64,000 nt of DNA from Albugo candida. Lineage: Eukaryota. Both the position numbers and the translations under genes were made by a program. The notes under the pieces were generated by a model. That model was not told the origin of the DNA. It did no database searches and saw only the letters and a program-made list of their open reading frames with translations. Positions 37,338 through 51,129 of the stretch are shown piece by piece; the stretch's first letter is position 1, and every line of letters begins with the position of its first letter. The stretch covers positions 434,001 to 498,000 of the forward strand of contig JBDOQK010000014.1 of NCBI GenBank assembly GCA_040437565.1, in the 5' to 3' direction.

Positions 37338-38292
37338 GGGAATCGTTATTCAGCACTCACCTTTTCTATAATCAGCACTCAGCCTTCATAGCTTAATTGA
37401 TTAGTGGCCTGTGATTAGTTTGAACGAATAAAACAGAATAAATAGAATTAAATTGCGGGAATCGTTATCCAGCCCCCACCCTTCATAAATTAATAGAAAG
37501 CGTGGCCTCTGCTTGGTCTGTAAAAGTGCAACGGAGTGAATAAAAAATATCTAAAATCACACTCTCAACTTCAATTTACTTTTAGGCTAGCTGACATCTA
37601 GAATGGGCTATCCTTGTGCCAATGCTTTCCGTCATCAAGTAATACCGCTGTCTGTTGATGATTTGGATCAGCATTGGTGGCTGGTACAGCCAATGCCAGT
37701 TCATATTGAGGCTGGGACCATGCCAATTGGGATTGAAATAGCATTGAAGAGGATTTACGATGCGCATGGGAATGGTTCCAATCATCGTAAGCGTGCGCTG
37801 CTAGACAAGTCTTGGAAGTCCTAGATACGGAAATTCACGATCCTGTGCAAGTGCGCACGCGTGATAAGACATCGATCTCAACGCAGCGAATTCCATCGAA
37901 GTTTGAGCATGTTACTGCTGCTTTATATGTTCCTGTGCATCGCCGAAGATGTCGAAAAAATGGCAAAAGACAGGTCATAATGCCAGAACCTGCCGTCAAG
38001 AAGCAACAGCAGCACCAACAGCACCAGCAACACTTGCATAAGCAGATTTAGATACAGACTCAGATTAAGTGGTACAAAATTTGCTGAAACCAAGATTTTT
38101 TTCGAGTTTCTTGTTTTCATTTCGTTGCATTTATTCGAACCAACCAGAGGCCACGATTTTAAATAATTCATGAAGGGTGGGGGTGATTAACGATTCCCGT
38201 GATTTGATTTTTTATTCTGTTATACTTATTTCAACCAACGATAGGCCACTAATCTATAAGCTATGGAGGCTGAGTTCTGACTAGCGATTCTC
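37338..38292 (+). mobile_element. Family C foldback element retaining a MULE transposase C-terminal fragment
   Basis: TIRs GGGAATCGTTATTCAGCAC...; internal DPVQVRTR...STQRIPSKFEHV...RRRC resembles the MULE C-termini elsewhere in the window. Confidence 0.75.
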
Positions 38293-38468
38293 TATATCTT
38301 ACGTTAAAGCATTAATTAAAGCTACCTTTTCGACCAATCATTGTTACAAAAACTAGTTAATCAGAGGTGTTTTGTCTGTGGCATTAGCCAGAACGTATGT
38401 GGCAATAGTCACACCTTACAATAAATTACGGTCTAGAGCATTACTAATAATTAACATGATGAAATACG

Positions 38469-41400
38469 TGTTGGAAGGACTTAAGAATGTGCTTTAGGTT
38501 TCTAGTCGCACTTGGTACTTAGTCGAAAGGATTGGTTAGGATTTTAATTTTCTTGAAAATAAAACCTCGGTTTCGGCAGCTTTTCCCTACAACGAAACCG
38601 TCTTCGCTCACCTGCCAACAGATTATGAACCCAATCAAGATTCCACCACCCAAGACTATGGAAGAATCCGACAGATTAGATTAGTCGAAGATGGACCGAA
38701 TGATGCTACTGCTGGAGACACTCGAAAATTTACTGCATAAGATCGAAACCTAGCAGAGCTTCGGCTGGTCCGTCCCGCCACCTGCGCGAACGGGAAGTGT
38801 ATTTGCTTGACCAAGCAAACAAGTACAGGGTTTGACGATGTCATCACTGGTTGCGAAATCGATGCAGAATCATGAAAGTGGATGAGAAGAAGATTTGCCC
38901 ATGCGGTGCAACAAAATACGTATGACGGGCTCCCACCGAGTCACATTCCCGTCAGGAAAGAATATGAAGCTCGCAATTCAGGCATTTGACGGGATGGAAA
39001 CACACTCTGGTCTTGGAGCGCCGTTTACTCAATGGGCTTCTCGTTTCTTGTGGCAACTATCGCATGCCCAACAAGCATTCGGCGGGATTTGCAGTGAGGG
39101 GGTGAAGATGGACAGCCTAGGGCGCCATCTGAGCGGCAAAGCGCCACTTATTACGAGCAGCAAGTCCCTCAATGGGTGACACAGTGCTCTACCGTTGAAC
39201 AAGTTGGCCGGATTAACGAAGTGTTTTGGCCCAATACCACCATAACGCAAGCAAAATGGTTTTTTACGACACAAAAACCGACTGGACGTTCTTTGAGCGA
39301 GCATTTTCTATTCTTGTCGGCAGTCAGTGAAAAAGATGATACGCTTCTGAAAAGCGTTACCAAGTACGCAAAACCTGATTTCAAACAAGCTCTGATGGCC
39401 CGTGTCAGCACAATGAGAGAAGAATCCAGACGGCAAGCCGAGGAATGGTGTCAATTTCCCCAGCTTATGGTTTAAGGCATCAGTGATGCACCAAGAAAGC
39501 CAAAAAAAAAATGGACTCGAGACCGAATCGGTGCGATAAGGGAATCGAAGCCGAAGACGCGAATGAAATGCTACAATTGCGAGAAAAGTGGACATATGAA
39601 AAAGGATTGCCGGAAATCAGAGCTCCATCAGCAATGAAGACATCGTTGTAGGGATTGAATGCAAAAGTACTGCACTCTAACGAACGAAGACAGTATGGAT
39701 TCTAGACAGCGGATCCAGCAGGCTTCTCGTGACGGATAGAAGCATGTTACAACATCGAAAGAAGTGCAAGGAATCATGCATACTTCCAAATGGGAAGGAA
39801 GTGAAGATGAGATGGACAGGATCGGCGAAGATTATCGCAGCAGCCACCCGTTTACCGAGGAAGTTTTTCTTGAACGATGTGCAACAGTCGGAACACCTCC
39901 CTTGAAACATTGTCTCGTATGGAAAGTTGGAGGCGAAGAGATGCAAGTTGATGTATCAAGCAGATAGATCGAGAGTTGTTCAACGTACTTCTGATGGTGC
40001 GATCGTGTTCAAAAGCAAATATGGCCAAGAACGTTCTCGAACTGATACAGAAGGTTGAGAACGCGTATCAAGTGTTATGGATATATTCGCTTCAACTGAA
40101 TCCGTGAACAAAACAAACAAGCGGATAGGAATTCTTCTACACTTCCATCAACAATTTGGTCATCTAAATTACTATACTATTGAGCGCATAGTAAAGATTC
40201 CGGAATGAGGAATGGAGATTGACGACTACGGCGATTGAAATGCTCTACTTGCGTGGAAAGCAAGAACAAAGAACAAACACTCTCGAAAAGAAACCGGTAT
40301 AAACTACTGAATTGGCGGAGTCATATGCAGTGATCTGAAGGACCCGATCACGCGTCTAGACCGAAACGGAAATCAATACTTGGTCAATCTCATCGACTAC
40401 AAATCGAACTATTGTCGGGTTTTCTTGGCCAAGATTAAGAGTGAACACCATCAGCTGTAAAATTCCAAGATTTCCTGATTTACCTCTAGAAGAAATTTGA
40501 TTGTAAGATTCATGCTCTACGAACTGATGGCGGCGCAGAGCACAGAGATGTCGACGCTTTTTGCAAAGAAGAGGGAGTACGAAGACAAATCAATGGGGTC
40601 GAAAATTAAGCCTCGAATGGGAAATCCGAACGAATGGTATAGGACAGTCATGAACCTAGTGCGGTCTATGATATTTGGAAGCTCCATGGCGCTAACTGCC
40701 GGGGTGATGCCACTGAATATGCGACGTATATCCTAAATAGAAGCCCAACCAGATCGAATGAAGGAAGAAAATACCCTTTGAAAGTGTTGACCGGGAAGAA
40801 TACAAGTCTAGTTGATGTCGTAACATTCGGTTCACCTTGTTCGGTTCGAGTTCGTGTTGGAAAAAGGTCTCTTGCAAAACCAAGTGAACGAGGCACTGTC
40901 ATCGGAAAATGCGATGAAATCAAAGGGTACAGAGTGTATTTACCCAAATCAAAGGCTGTCATTATCACTCAACACATTTCAAATGTAGAGTCAAAAGTTG
41001 GAAGGAGAAAATGGAAATGGAAATTATGAGGGACGTCAACAGGATTTGACAGATGTAGACAAGAAAGCTCATGAGAATACCAACGTTAGAAGGGAATCAA
41101 TCACAACTGCTACAAGAACACGAACAAACATCAGCAAGAAGGATTCAAGAAACAAGATGTTGAATAGAAACCAAGGAGGCAAAGCTTCAGCGCGAGAGAT
41201 CGCTTCAGTGCTTATGGAGCCGGATCCTAAGACGAACAACCAATCAATGAAGTCAGTAAAGCATGTCGAATGGAAGAAGGCTGCAGACGCAAAACTAGCC
41301 TCACTGGACGAAAATCAAACATGGACGATGGTACCAAGAACTAAAGATACCAAAGCCTTACATACCAAGAGAGTATTCAAGCGAAAAAACGACGCAAACG

Positions 41401-42203
41401 GGAATTTGGAACGGTTCAAGGCTAGAATGGTTGCCTGCGGGAACGAACAAGTATTCGGAGTCAACTATGATGTGACATTTGCAGCAGTCATGGATCTAGG
41501 GACAAAAAGCCCATACTAGCTTTAGCGAGGATCTGGGGAATGCCAGCGAGGCATGGTNNNNNNNNNNNNNNNNNNNNNNNNNNNNNNNNNNNNNNNNNNN
41601 NNNNNNNNNNNNNNNNNNNNNNNNNNNNNNNNNNNNNNNNNNNNNNNNNNNNNNNNNGTGGCATTATCGACGATGGAAGCGGAGTTCGTAGCATCGTTGA
41701 AGGCATCACAGGAATTACTTGGAGCAAGGGAATTATTCAACGAGTTGAACGTAAAAGTAAGGAGCCAATGATCTTGTGGATGGATAATCAGGCGGCTATC
41801 AGTCAGTTTCTCAACGAAGCTACTTCAATCAAGGATAATCATATCGACGTTCGTCAAAGAGTTGTCAGAGCTGACGTGGTCAACCAAATTATCGCACCAA
41901 GGTACGTGCGTTCATCGAAAATGATATGGCCGATTTGCAGAGAAAGGCGTTTCCGACACCAAGATTTCTTCAGCTCAGAGAGTTAGGGCAGTTTCGGGAT
42001 CGCACGATGCAAGTTGAAGATGACAAACTTTCAAGTGCAACCAAAAAGGGAGGAGTTTTGGAAGTACTGAAGAACGTGCTTTAGGTACCTAGTCGCACTT
42101 GGTACTTAGTCGAAACGATTGATTAGGAATTTATTTTCTAAAAATAAAACCTCAGTTTCGGCAACTTTTTCTTCCTACGCAGCGTCTTCATCACCTGTCA
42201 ACA
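38469..42203 (+). mobile_element. Ty1/Copia LTR retrotransposon, decayed (LTRs 38469-38620 and 42056-42203)
   Basis: Paired ~150-bp LTRs ending CA, PBS-like GATTATGAACCC, PPT AAAAAGGGAGGAG, near-TSD ATACG/ATACA; CYNCEKSGHMKKDC, WILDSG, ICSDLKDP, ERFKARMVACG, ALSTMEAEFVA, WMDNQAAI. Confidence 0.93.
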
Positions 42204-45200
42204 ATACACGCGTCAGCTGCTTCGAGAGATGATTTTGAAACCAGAAAATTAGTAGTGAAAGGCATCACGCAACACGACAGAAACTATGCGTGCATGCTAG
42301 AAAGAAGGTGGATGCCGGGATGGGAAGTAACGTTTTTAAAGTGCTAGAGATAATTTGAAGCGTGATTGTCCGGACTTGGAAGGGAAGAAGATGAAAGAAT
42401 CGAATTATCTCGTTCGTGTTGATAAGGGATGGTGTTGCGTGAATTGAAAGAGATATCAATTAATAAATGGAAGCTTAAAGTTATACTGAAAAAGTTTTCT
42501 AACTTAATCAACAAGATCTTATCCTTGTTGAGGTTATTTTTACTCGGGATTGGATGCACAAATCTCAGCGTGCAAGGAGTACTTGATGAGATTTCAGATC
42601 ATGAATGATGTCTTGTGCAGACCTGCAGTTTTGGAATTCACTGAGGGGATTGGTGCTGAAAAGGAAACATTCGTTACATTTGTTTGTTTTATTATTGACG
42701 AGGAAACGATATTTGGCTTGCCGAGCACGTGTTGTATGTCTCAACATCTAGCTGCAATCTTATCTATACTAATTAGCGCTAGACTAAGGCTTCTTTATGA
42801 GGTGGGATAACGGTAGGCATTTGATTGGAATGATGTAGAGTGAGAAAGGACTAATCCCAACAAATTATGAACAGTAAAAACTTTCTATGCACGTTCACTG
42901 TTGACAATGCTGCTAAGACGATGTATACACAGAGAGGCAAGAACCGTTCTTTTATTAACTTGCTTTCACGGATGGTTTCGCAGACATTTGTCACTAGCAT
43001 GAAAGAGTTTTGAGTGCTTTCCTTGCTTATATTCAAATGGTGATTCATCGCGCGATGGCTTACACCACAATTCGCAAGTTTCGGGCAAAACGCATTCTGC
43101 AGATTGCCACTTCGGAAAGCAGCCAAGGAAAGAATGTCCTGAAGGTTTTGATATAATAGCGGATGTTATTATTGTAGACTTTCTTATTTTGTGACAAATA
43201 ATTGGTCGTCAAAGTTTTCTGCCCCCTTGGTCGTGGATCACTATTTGGGCTGCCCGAAGACTTACTTGTTCACGGTTAGGACCGAAGGCGATATGAAGCA
43301 AACCGTAAGACTTTACTTTGATGATTCTGCCATTCACTTTTCCGAGAATTCAATAGGAGTGTGATTGAAGGTTATTAAGTGCAGNNNNNNNNNNNNNNNN
43401 NNNNNNNNNNNNNNNNNNNNNNNNNNNNNNNNNNNNNNNNNNNNNNNNNNNNNNNNNNNNNNNNNNNNNNNNNNNNNNNNNNNNTGACAAACTTTCAAGT
43501 GCAACCAAAAAGGGAGGAGTTTTGGAAGTACTGAAGAACGTGCTTTAGGTACCTAGTCGCACTTGGTACTTAGTCGAAACGATTGATTAGGAATTTATTT
43601 TCTAAAAATAAAACCTCAGTTTCGGCAACTTTTTCTTCCTACGCAGCGTCTTCATCACCTGTCAACAATACACGCGTCAGCTGCTTCGAGAGATGATTTT
43701 GAAACCAGAAAATTAGTAGTGAAAGGCATCACGCAACACGACAGAAACTATGCGTGCATGCTAGAAAGAAGGTGGATGCCGGGATGGGAAGTAACGTTTT
43801 TAAAGTGCTAGAGATAATTTGAAGCGTGATTGTCCGGACTTGGAAGGGAAGAAGATGAAAGAATCGAATTATCTCGTTCGTGTTGATAAGGGATGGTGTT
43901 GCGTGAATTGAAAGAGATATCAATTAATAAATGGAAGCTTAAAGTTATACTGAAAAAGTTTTCTAACTTAATCAACAAGATCTTATCCTTGTTGAGGTTA
44001 TTTTTACTCGGGATTGGATGCACAAATCTCAGCGTGCAAGGAGTACTTGATGAGATTTCAGATCATGAATGATGTCTTGTGCAGACCTGCAGTTTTGGAA
44101 TTCACTGAGGGGATTGGTGCTGAAAAGGAAACATTCGTTACATTTGTTTGTTTTATTATTGACGAGGAAACGATATTTGGCTTGCCGAGCACGTGTTGTA
44201 TGTCTCAACATCTAGCTGCAATCTTATCTATACTAATTAGCGCTAGACTAAGGCTTCTTTATGAGGTGGGATAACGGTAGGCATTTGATTGGAATGATGT
44301 AGAGTGAGAAAGGACTAATCCCAACAAATTATGAACAGTAAAAACTTTCTATGCACGTTCACTGTTGACAATGCTGCTAAGACGATGTATACACAGAGAG
44401 GCAAGAACCGTTCTTTTATTAACTTGCTTTCACGGATGGTTTCGCAGACATTTGTCACTAGCATGAAAGAGTTTTGAGTGCTTTCCTTGCTTATATTCAA
44501 ATGGTGATTCATCGCGCGATGGCTTACACCACAATTCGCAAGTTTCGGGCAAAACGCATTCTGCAGATTGCCACTTCGGAAAGCAGCCAAGGAAAGAATG
44601 TCCTGAAGGTTTTGATATAATAGCGGATGTTATTATTGTAGACTTTCTTATTTTGTGACAAATAATTGGTCGTCAAAGTTTTCTGCCCCCTTGGTCGTGG
44701 ATCACTATTTGGGCTGCCCGAAGACTTACTTGTTCACGGTTAGGACCGAAGGCGATATGAAGCAAACCGTAAGACTTTACTTTGATGATTCTGCCATTCA
44801 CTTTTCCGAGAATTCAATAGGAGTGTGATTGAAGGTTATTAAGTGCAGCAAAAACTGCACCGATAAAGGACAAGAGGGAACGGAGATCTGATATACAAAA
44901 ATGGAACAATGCACCAAATTTGGGACATATGTGTCATAACTCAATTTGGTGGAGCGAACGAATCATAGGATGATAGGAATTGTTGAGACAGTGATGCATC
45001 AGCCTGCAGTACTGAATTCGTTCTGGGTGCAAGCATCAAAGAATGCAGTATACGTCAAGAACCGAGTATACTCAAATGGCGCAGGATGTAGACCATATGA
45101 GAGCATGCTTGGCTAAAAACCCGGACATCCATTGTATTCAGGCGTTTGATTTCCTAATCTACTGTCATATTCCCTTGACAAACAGAAGAAAATGAGCATA

Positions 45201-45700
45201 AACGAAAATATGGGATGTTTGGTAGGTTACCGCGAATAGGTTGTTGGCTGGAATTAGTTTCGGATATGAAACCACTGAATTCAGTAATTGAATACGTTGA
45301 TGAATCTACCAAGAAGGTGATATTTGATGAACTTACTTACGAGCAAGACATCTTTTATTAAATAGCTGATTCTCACGACAGAAATCTGATACAATGTGGC
45401 TGATTGCCATCGACGGAAAGATCCTGCTTGCAAGACAAACAAAGCAGAAATCATGTGAGGAATGATATAGCATTTCAAAATGTGTGAGATCTGCACTTCG
45501 AAATAGTGTCATTCCCGAATTGATGAATATTGGATGCGTTCAGCTCTTTTGAAAAGGGTTTCACAAAATGCTCCTGTTGATGCTAGCTCCGACTTAACAA
45601 TGCTGATTGTAGTGATAGCATATCGGGGAATGATATTGAAAACTAAGTGCTTATTCATTCATTCACGTCACAGTGTTGGGCACATTTGGCGATACCGTAT
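42204..45700 (+). mobile_element. Older, heavily degraded Copia-like remnant (partly duplicated across the gap)
   Basis: Integrase-like LVERTN and FWVQASKNAVYVKNRV at about 44945-45070. Confidence 0.55.
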
Positions 45701-46439
45701 AAAAGCTACGTGATGTCGACTCAAAATTGCCTCTATCACCGTGAGTTGAAGAAGATCAAGCTACCAAGTAACATCAAGCGATTCTTTACAATTGATTGAT
45801 TCGACATAGACTTTTTTGAAAGTTGCCAAAGTTGACGGATGGGTAAAACGCACAGTACAAGAAAACAAAGCTACTTTGCGCTGCAAGTTTACAGCGTGCA
45901 TGGTCTTGAAATATAAAGAATGAAACGCGCTCATGAGGTGTACGGACACCAAGATATATTCAACATACAAACAGTGATGAAGAATTGTTCCGGATAGCGT
46001 ATAATGTGCAGAACTGATGTATTGATGTAAAGAAACGTAAAATTTAACTCAAAGCTATGCGATTAAATCCCACGCATCATGTCCATCGTTTTTTCCCGCT
46101 TTTCAACTTTACCGCTCTTCTTTTCATCCACTCTGGTGTTTTATGTATTCCCGGCTATTTCAGTTGCTGTGGATAAGGATTTGTCACTCGGATGAAAAAA
46201 GCAGCAAGTTTGACGATAATATACAAAAAGTACAGGTTTTAAATACAGTTCCAGAGTTACACTATGATGATATAAGCATGAGTCTTTTTGCGACTTTCTT
46301 TATAACCTGCATCGCTTAGCTTTCATGCAAACGGTGCCTCCATGACCACGCTAACCCATACAGACTCTTTTGTAATAGTACTACCACTTGATTACGACTC
46401 CTAACATCGGGTCCCTTCAGCTTGGCAGTCACTATTACC

Positions 46440-49400
46440 ATTCTTTGAGGCACGTGCAAACATACGTGCAAGTTCTTCTCTTATAATTCTTTGACGTACG
46501 TATTAGGTAGCTCATTATGTATCTCTGGCATTCCCCAGATCCTTGCTAGAGGTATTATGACCTTAGCTGTCCCCAAATCCACGACTGTGGAAAAATTCAT
46601 GTCGTTGTTGACTCCTAATACTCTGTTCGTTCCCGCTCGCAACAATACTAGCTTTGAAGCGTTCCAGATTGACGTTTGCATCCATTTTCACTTAAATACT
46701 TACTTGGTATTTAAGGCTTTAATTTCGTCGGTTCTCGAAACGATGCTGCATTTCTATTTTACACCAGTGAGGCTAGCTGCGTCTCTTCTGAACTCACTGC
46801 TCGATTTCAAGTCTTTGGATCCAGCTCAATCAACACTGACAAGATCTCTGTAGAGCCGAAGTATTCTTTCCTTACTTCTGCCAGCCTTCTGCCAACTATC
46901 TTTCGTTAGATCTTTCTTTGTGAGATCCAATCACGTTCTTGTATCAGTTATGATTGATTCCTTTTCAACGTTGGTGTCCTCATGTGCTTTCATGTCTGCA
47001 TCTGTCAAAGTATTTTGATGGCCCTCTAAATTACCAGTTCCATTCGCTCCATTAACGTTGATTCGACATTTGATATTTGCTGAGTAATACTCACAGTATT
47101 TGGTCTGGTTAAATGCACTTTTTAACCCTTGGTTTCATCGTACTTCCCGATTACAGCGCTGTGTTCAATTCGTTTTACTAGAGACCTTTTCTAAGTTCGA
47201 ATCCGAAATGAACAAGGTGAGTCAAATGTTCTGATATCAGCAAGACTTGTATCCTTTGTATTCGAAACCCTCAAAGAGGCTTTTTTTCGTTATTCGTTCT
47301 GGTTGGGCTTTTATCGAGCATTACGTCGCATGTTGAGCAGCATCTACCCCAAAACAAAATTGGATAGAGCTTCGAAATATCATGGACCGCACCAGATTCG
47401 TGACTTTCCTATGCAATCGTTAAACTTTTCTATTCAATTCTTGCTTTTCAGCCTGACTGATTTGTCTTCGTACTTCTTTCTTTGCAAAACAAAATCGACA
47501 TTTCTGTACTCTTTCTACCATCTGTCTATAGAACAAGAATCTTGCAATCAAATAGCTTCTCGAAGTAAGTTAAGAAATCTTGCAACTTCGTAGTGGCTTC
47601 AATCTTGTTCCTATCTAAGAATATGCGATAGTAGTTTGGTTTTGTAGTCGATAATATTGACGAAATATCGATGTCTACCTAGGTCTCAATACGTGATCGA
47701 CCCCTGCAAATTACTGCATATAAGTCCACCAAATCGTTCCGTTGGCGAGTTTATACCGGTATCATTCTGATACTGGTTGCTCTTAGTTTGTTGGCTTTCC
47801 GCGAAAGTAATGCATTTTGATCGCCGATGTTCATCAATCTCCATCCCCGATTTCAGAAACTTTGCTATATGGTTGACGTCATCGTAGTTCAGATAATCAA
47901 ATCGTCGATATAAGTGTACAGGACTACCCATCTGCTTTATTTGATTTGTCCACAAGCTCAATTGAAGCGAGTATATCCATAACACTAAGTACGTACTCTC
48001 GAACTTCTGTCTGGATAACGAGAACGTTTTTGACGTATTTATTTCGCACACGATCGCCCCATTGGAACTACGATGAACAACTCTACATATCTGCTTAATA
48101 ATTCAATCTGCATCCTTTCTCTTCTGACTTTTTCATTATGAGAAAATATTTCAAGGAGGTCTTCCGCATGTCGCACATCGTTCAAGAGAACATTCCTCGA
48201 TAAGACGTTGACTAAGTCGATAATCTTTGCCGATCATGTCTATCTCCTCTTCATTATCTCCCCTTTGGAAAGTATGCATGATTCATCACATTCATTGTGA
48301 TGCTGTAACAAGTTCATATCCGTTACGAGATGCCTGCTGGATTTTCTGTCTAATATCCATACTTTGTCGGTGTGTTCAGCGTGATATTTTGCATTCAATC
48401 TCTTAAACGATGTCTTCATTGCTGGAGGAGCTCTGGTTACGGCAGTCTTTTTTGACATGTCCACTTAAACCAAAATTGTGGCAGTACATATGCTTCCTCG
48501 GATTGGATTCTCTGAACGTACCGATGCGGGATCGCGTCCATTTATTTGTCTCTCTTCGTGCAGCACTGATTTTATTTGATTCCATAAGACGAGTGAAGGG
48601 ACATAATTTTTGGCCTTGCCTTCTTGTGTCTTCTCTAATTATACTGACATGGGGCATCAGAGCTTGTTTGAAGTCAGGGTTCACGTACTTGATCACACTT
48701 TCCAGGTGCATATCGTCTGCTCCATTGACTGCTTCACTGACTGCCGAAAAAAATAAATCCTGATTGCTGTGAGAGCGTCCAGTATTGTTTTTCCAGGAAG
48801 ATGGCTGCATTCAGGAGATGTCGGGCCGAAACACTACGTTGATACGGTCAATCACTTATTCGACGCTAGAGCAATAACTCATACAGTGAGTGACTTCCTG
48901 CTAGAATAAATGAGAGATTTCCCGATTAGATGCCGTCCTAGAAAGTCTATTTATACTCCGTACTCAAGATCCATCCGGACGGAAGCTGAGCAAGCGATAG
49001 TGGCCGAAAGAACAATGACCCAATTAGGTAAATGGCGCTTCAAATCCCGAGTATGTTTCTATCGCGTCGAATGGATAAATGAGGGGCAGCATATCTCTTG
49101 CTGCCGAGAATCTGACTTGATTGAGCCCGTCCAGTGCATATGTTGCATGGCATGGATAAAGCTCCTCCTCATCTCGCTTCCACAATTCTGCATCTGTTTT
49201 TCATACATGGATGCCATTCTGAAACCCTGCTCTTGGTTGCTTGGCCCGGGAAATGCGCCACCTTTTCCGCGCTTGCTGCTTATATGGGCGAGCCAACGGT
49301 CCGCTTAGTTTTGACTTGATCCAGTCATATTTCGAGTGCCTTCGCAGCAACAACATTCGATACATTTTCGACTAATCATCTACTCGGGTTTCTTTAATGG

Positions 49401-49570
49401 TCTTGGCTGGTGAAATCTTTGTTAGGCTCACAAACTGTGGCAGGTGAGCACAGATGATATCCTTTCAGATAATTGCCAAAAACTGTGTTTTTAGATTAGA
49501 AAATTAGCATCTCATCCAATCGTTTAAATAAGTACAAAGTACGACTGGGAAAAGAATCATATTTCTTAGA
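46440..49570 (-). mobile_element. Second, truncated copy of the same Copia family in inverse orientation
   Basis: Reverse-strand similarity to 38600-41550 (KPDFKQALM-like, KVWILD, AGTNRVLGVN...DLGTAK); LTR end and PBS-like sequence near 49420-49450. Confidence 0.85.
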
Positions 49571-51129
49571 AGGATTAAAAATATGATTCATTACGTCGCG
49601 CATTTGTGCTGTAAGCCGTCGCGTGAGCAGTTGAATCTGATTAACATATTTTTTTCGAGTGATAACTGGACGTATGGATGAAATTTGCCATGTGGCGGAA
49701 ACAGAATTATTGACTGAGCGATAATACACGCTCGTGTACTTTATTGTACTAAGCGGATTTTACAAACAGCCTACTTACATTTATGTACACTGATTCCGAA
49801 AAACAGAAAGACAGAAAGATGCGTGTACAGAATGTGCTTGCTTCTCTCTATATATCAAGACGAGTCAATGATGCATGACACTGATGCACCAAAAGCCAGG
49901 GTATTGCTCATTACACCTATGCCAGAAAGAAATTTGTAGCAAATATCGCATCGGGTCATGATAACTGCGCATACTCTCGCGATATCGGCCACCTTATCTT
50001 CCGTGAACTATTCCCAAAGGCTACCATAGGATCGGTTTTCTTTGTATACCACATCTCCTTGCTATGTTGAAAAGCATGCTCGTATAAGAAATTGGTGAAC
50101 GTTGCACCCTCTCCTTTGCCTCTTCTACTGGCAAATAACTATCTAAAAGCCACAAGTGGTGAGGAAATAGGAACTAAAAAAGACATTTCCACTGTTTAAT
50201 TATGCATAATGAAGGGTGTGACCTTGAAAAAGGTACTGTCGATGATGATCATGATTCCCACATCTATACATCAAGACATAGTACGATTAGAAGAAACGAA
50301 TATTTGCTGTTGCCAAAATATAGCTTCAGTGTAGGATCATGAGCAAGTTGATGAGTAACAGATTGTTTTGATTGAGAATTCATCTTAGGATATTGATATC
50401 TGTGTCAGTCAAGAAAAGCGAGTTTAATTCTTCAAGAAGTCATTGAGGAAGTTGGTATACTTGTATTCGAATAGGCCTCTACTTCATGTTACTGTGCACT
50501 TGAAATTTAGCATCGTACCAAACATAAGCGACACCACGTCATAACAAAAACGTTGATTGTATTTTTTTAGAAACAGGACGTTACCAGAAGCTTTGCGTTA
50601 CATTGATATAACAATAGTCTTGAAACTTCACACAAAAGCTTCCGGCATTATCGTAAACTCTTACTACTTGAACGATAATCAGACAGCTCTCCCTTGCGAT
50701 ATTACCGTCACAACCGTCACCTATAACTTGTGCCTTTGTTACAGATCATAAATGAAACACGGGCGCTTTAAGAATGTTGCACTTAACATTCTACATGAAA
50801 ATTCAGGTCTTAAAAGTAGGGATTGATATCCATATCACTTCATCAGTAAGTAGGGGGAGAACTCAAACATTGTGGCTTCCTACAGATATTTGATCTCGGA
50901 AAGAAGAGATTGGAGCTTCGGTCGGAATGAAACGCGTGACACATTCTCGTCCTTACGCTCAACAATATGAATATTGCCGGGGAATATAACACCATTATAC
51001 CTCCCATGTTTTCAAATACGTCAATATTCAGCGAAATCTCGCGAGGCGTTGGTTCTTTCAAGTCAGGACCCACTTGATCCAGGTAATAAATTTAAATCGT
51101 CCCTGAAATCATGTTCACTTGCTGCAACC

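Noticed and set aside
42021-44848. Recent ~1.36-kb tandem duplication with a third LTR
   Set aside because: Apparently identical copies directly flank a 100-N gap (43385-43484): an unmerged contig overlap
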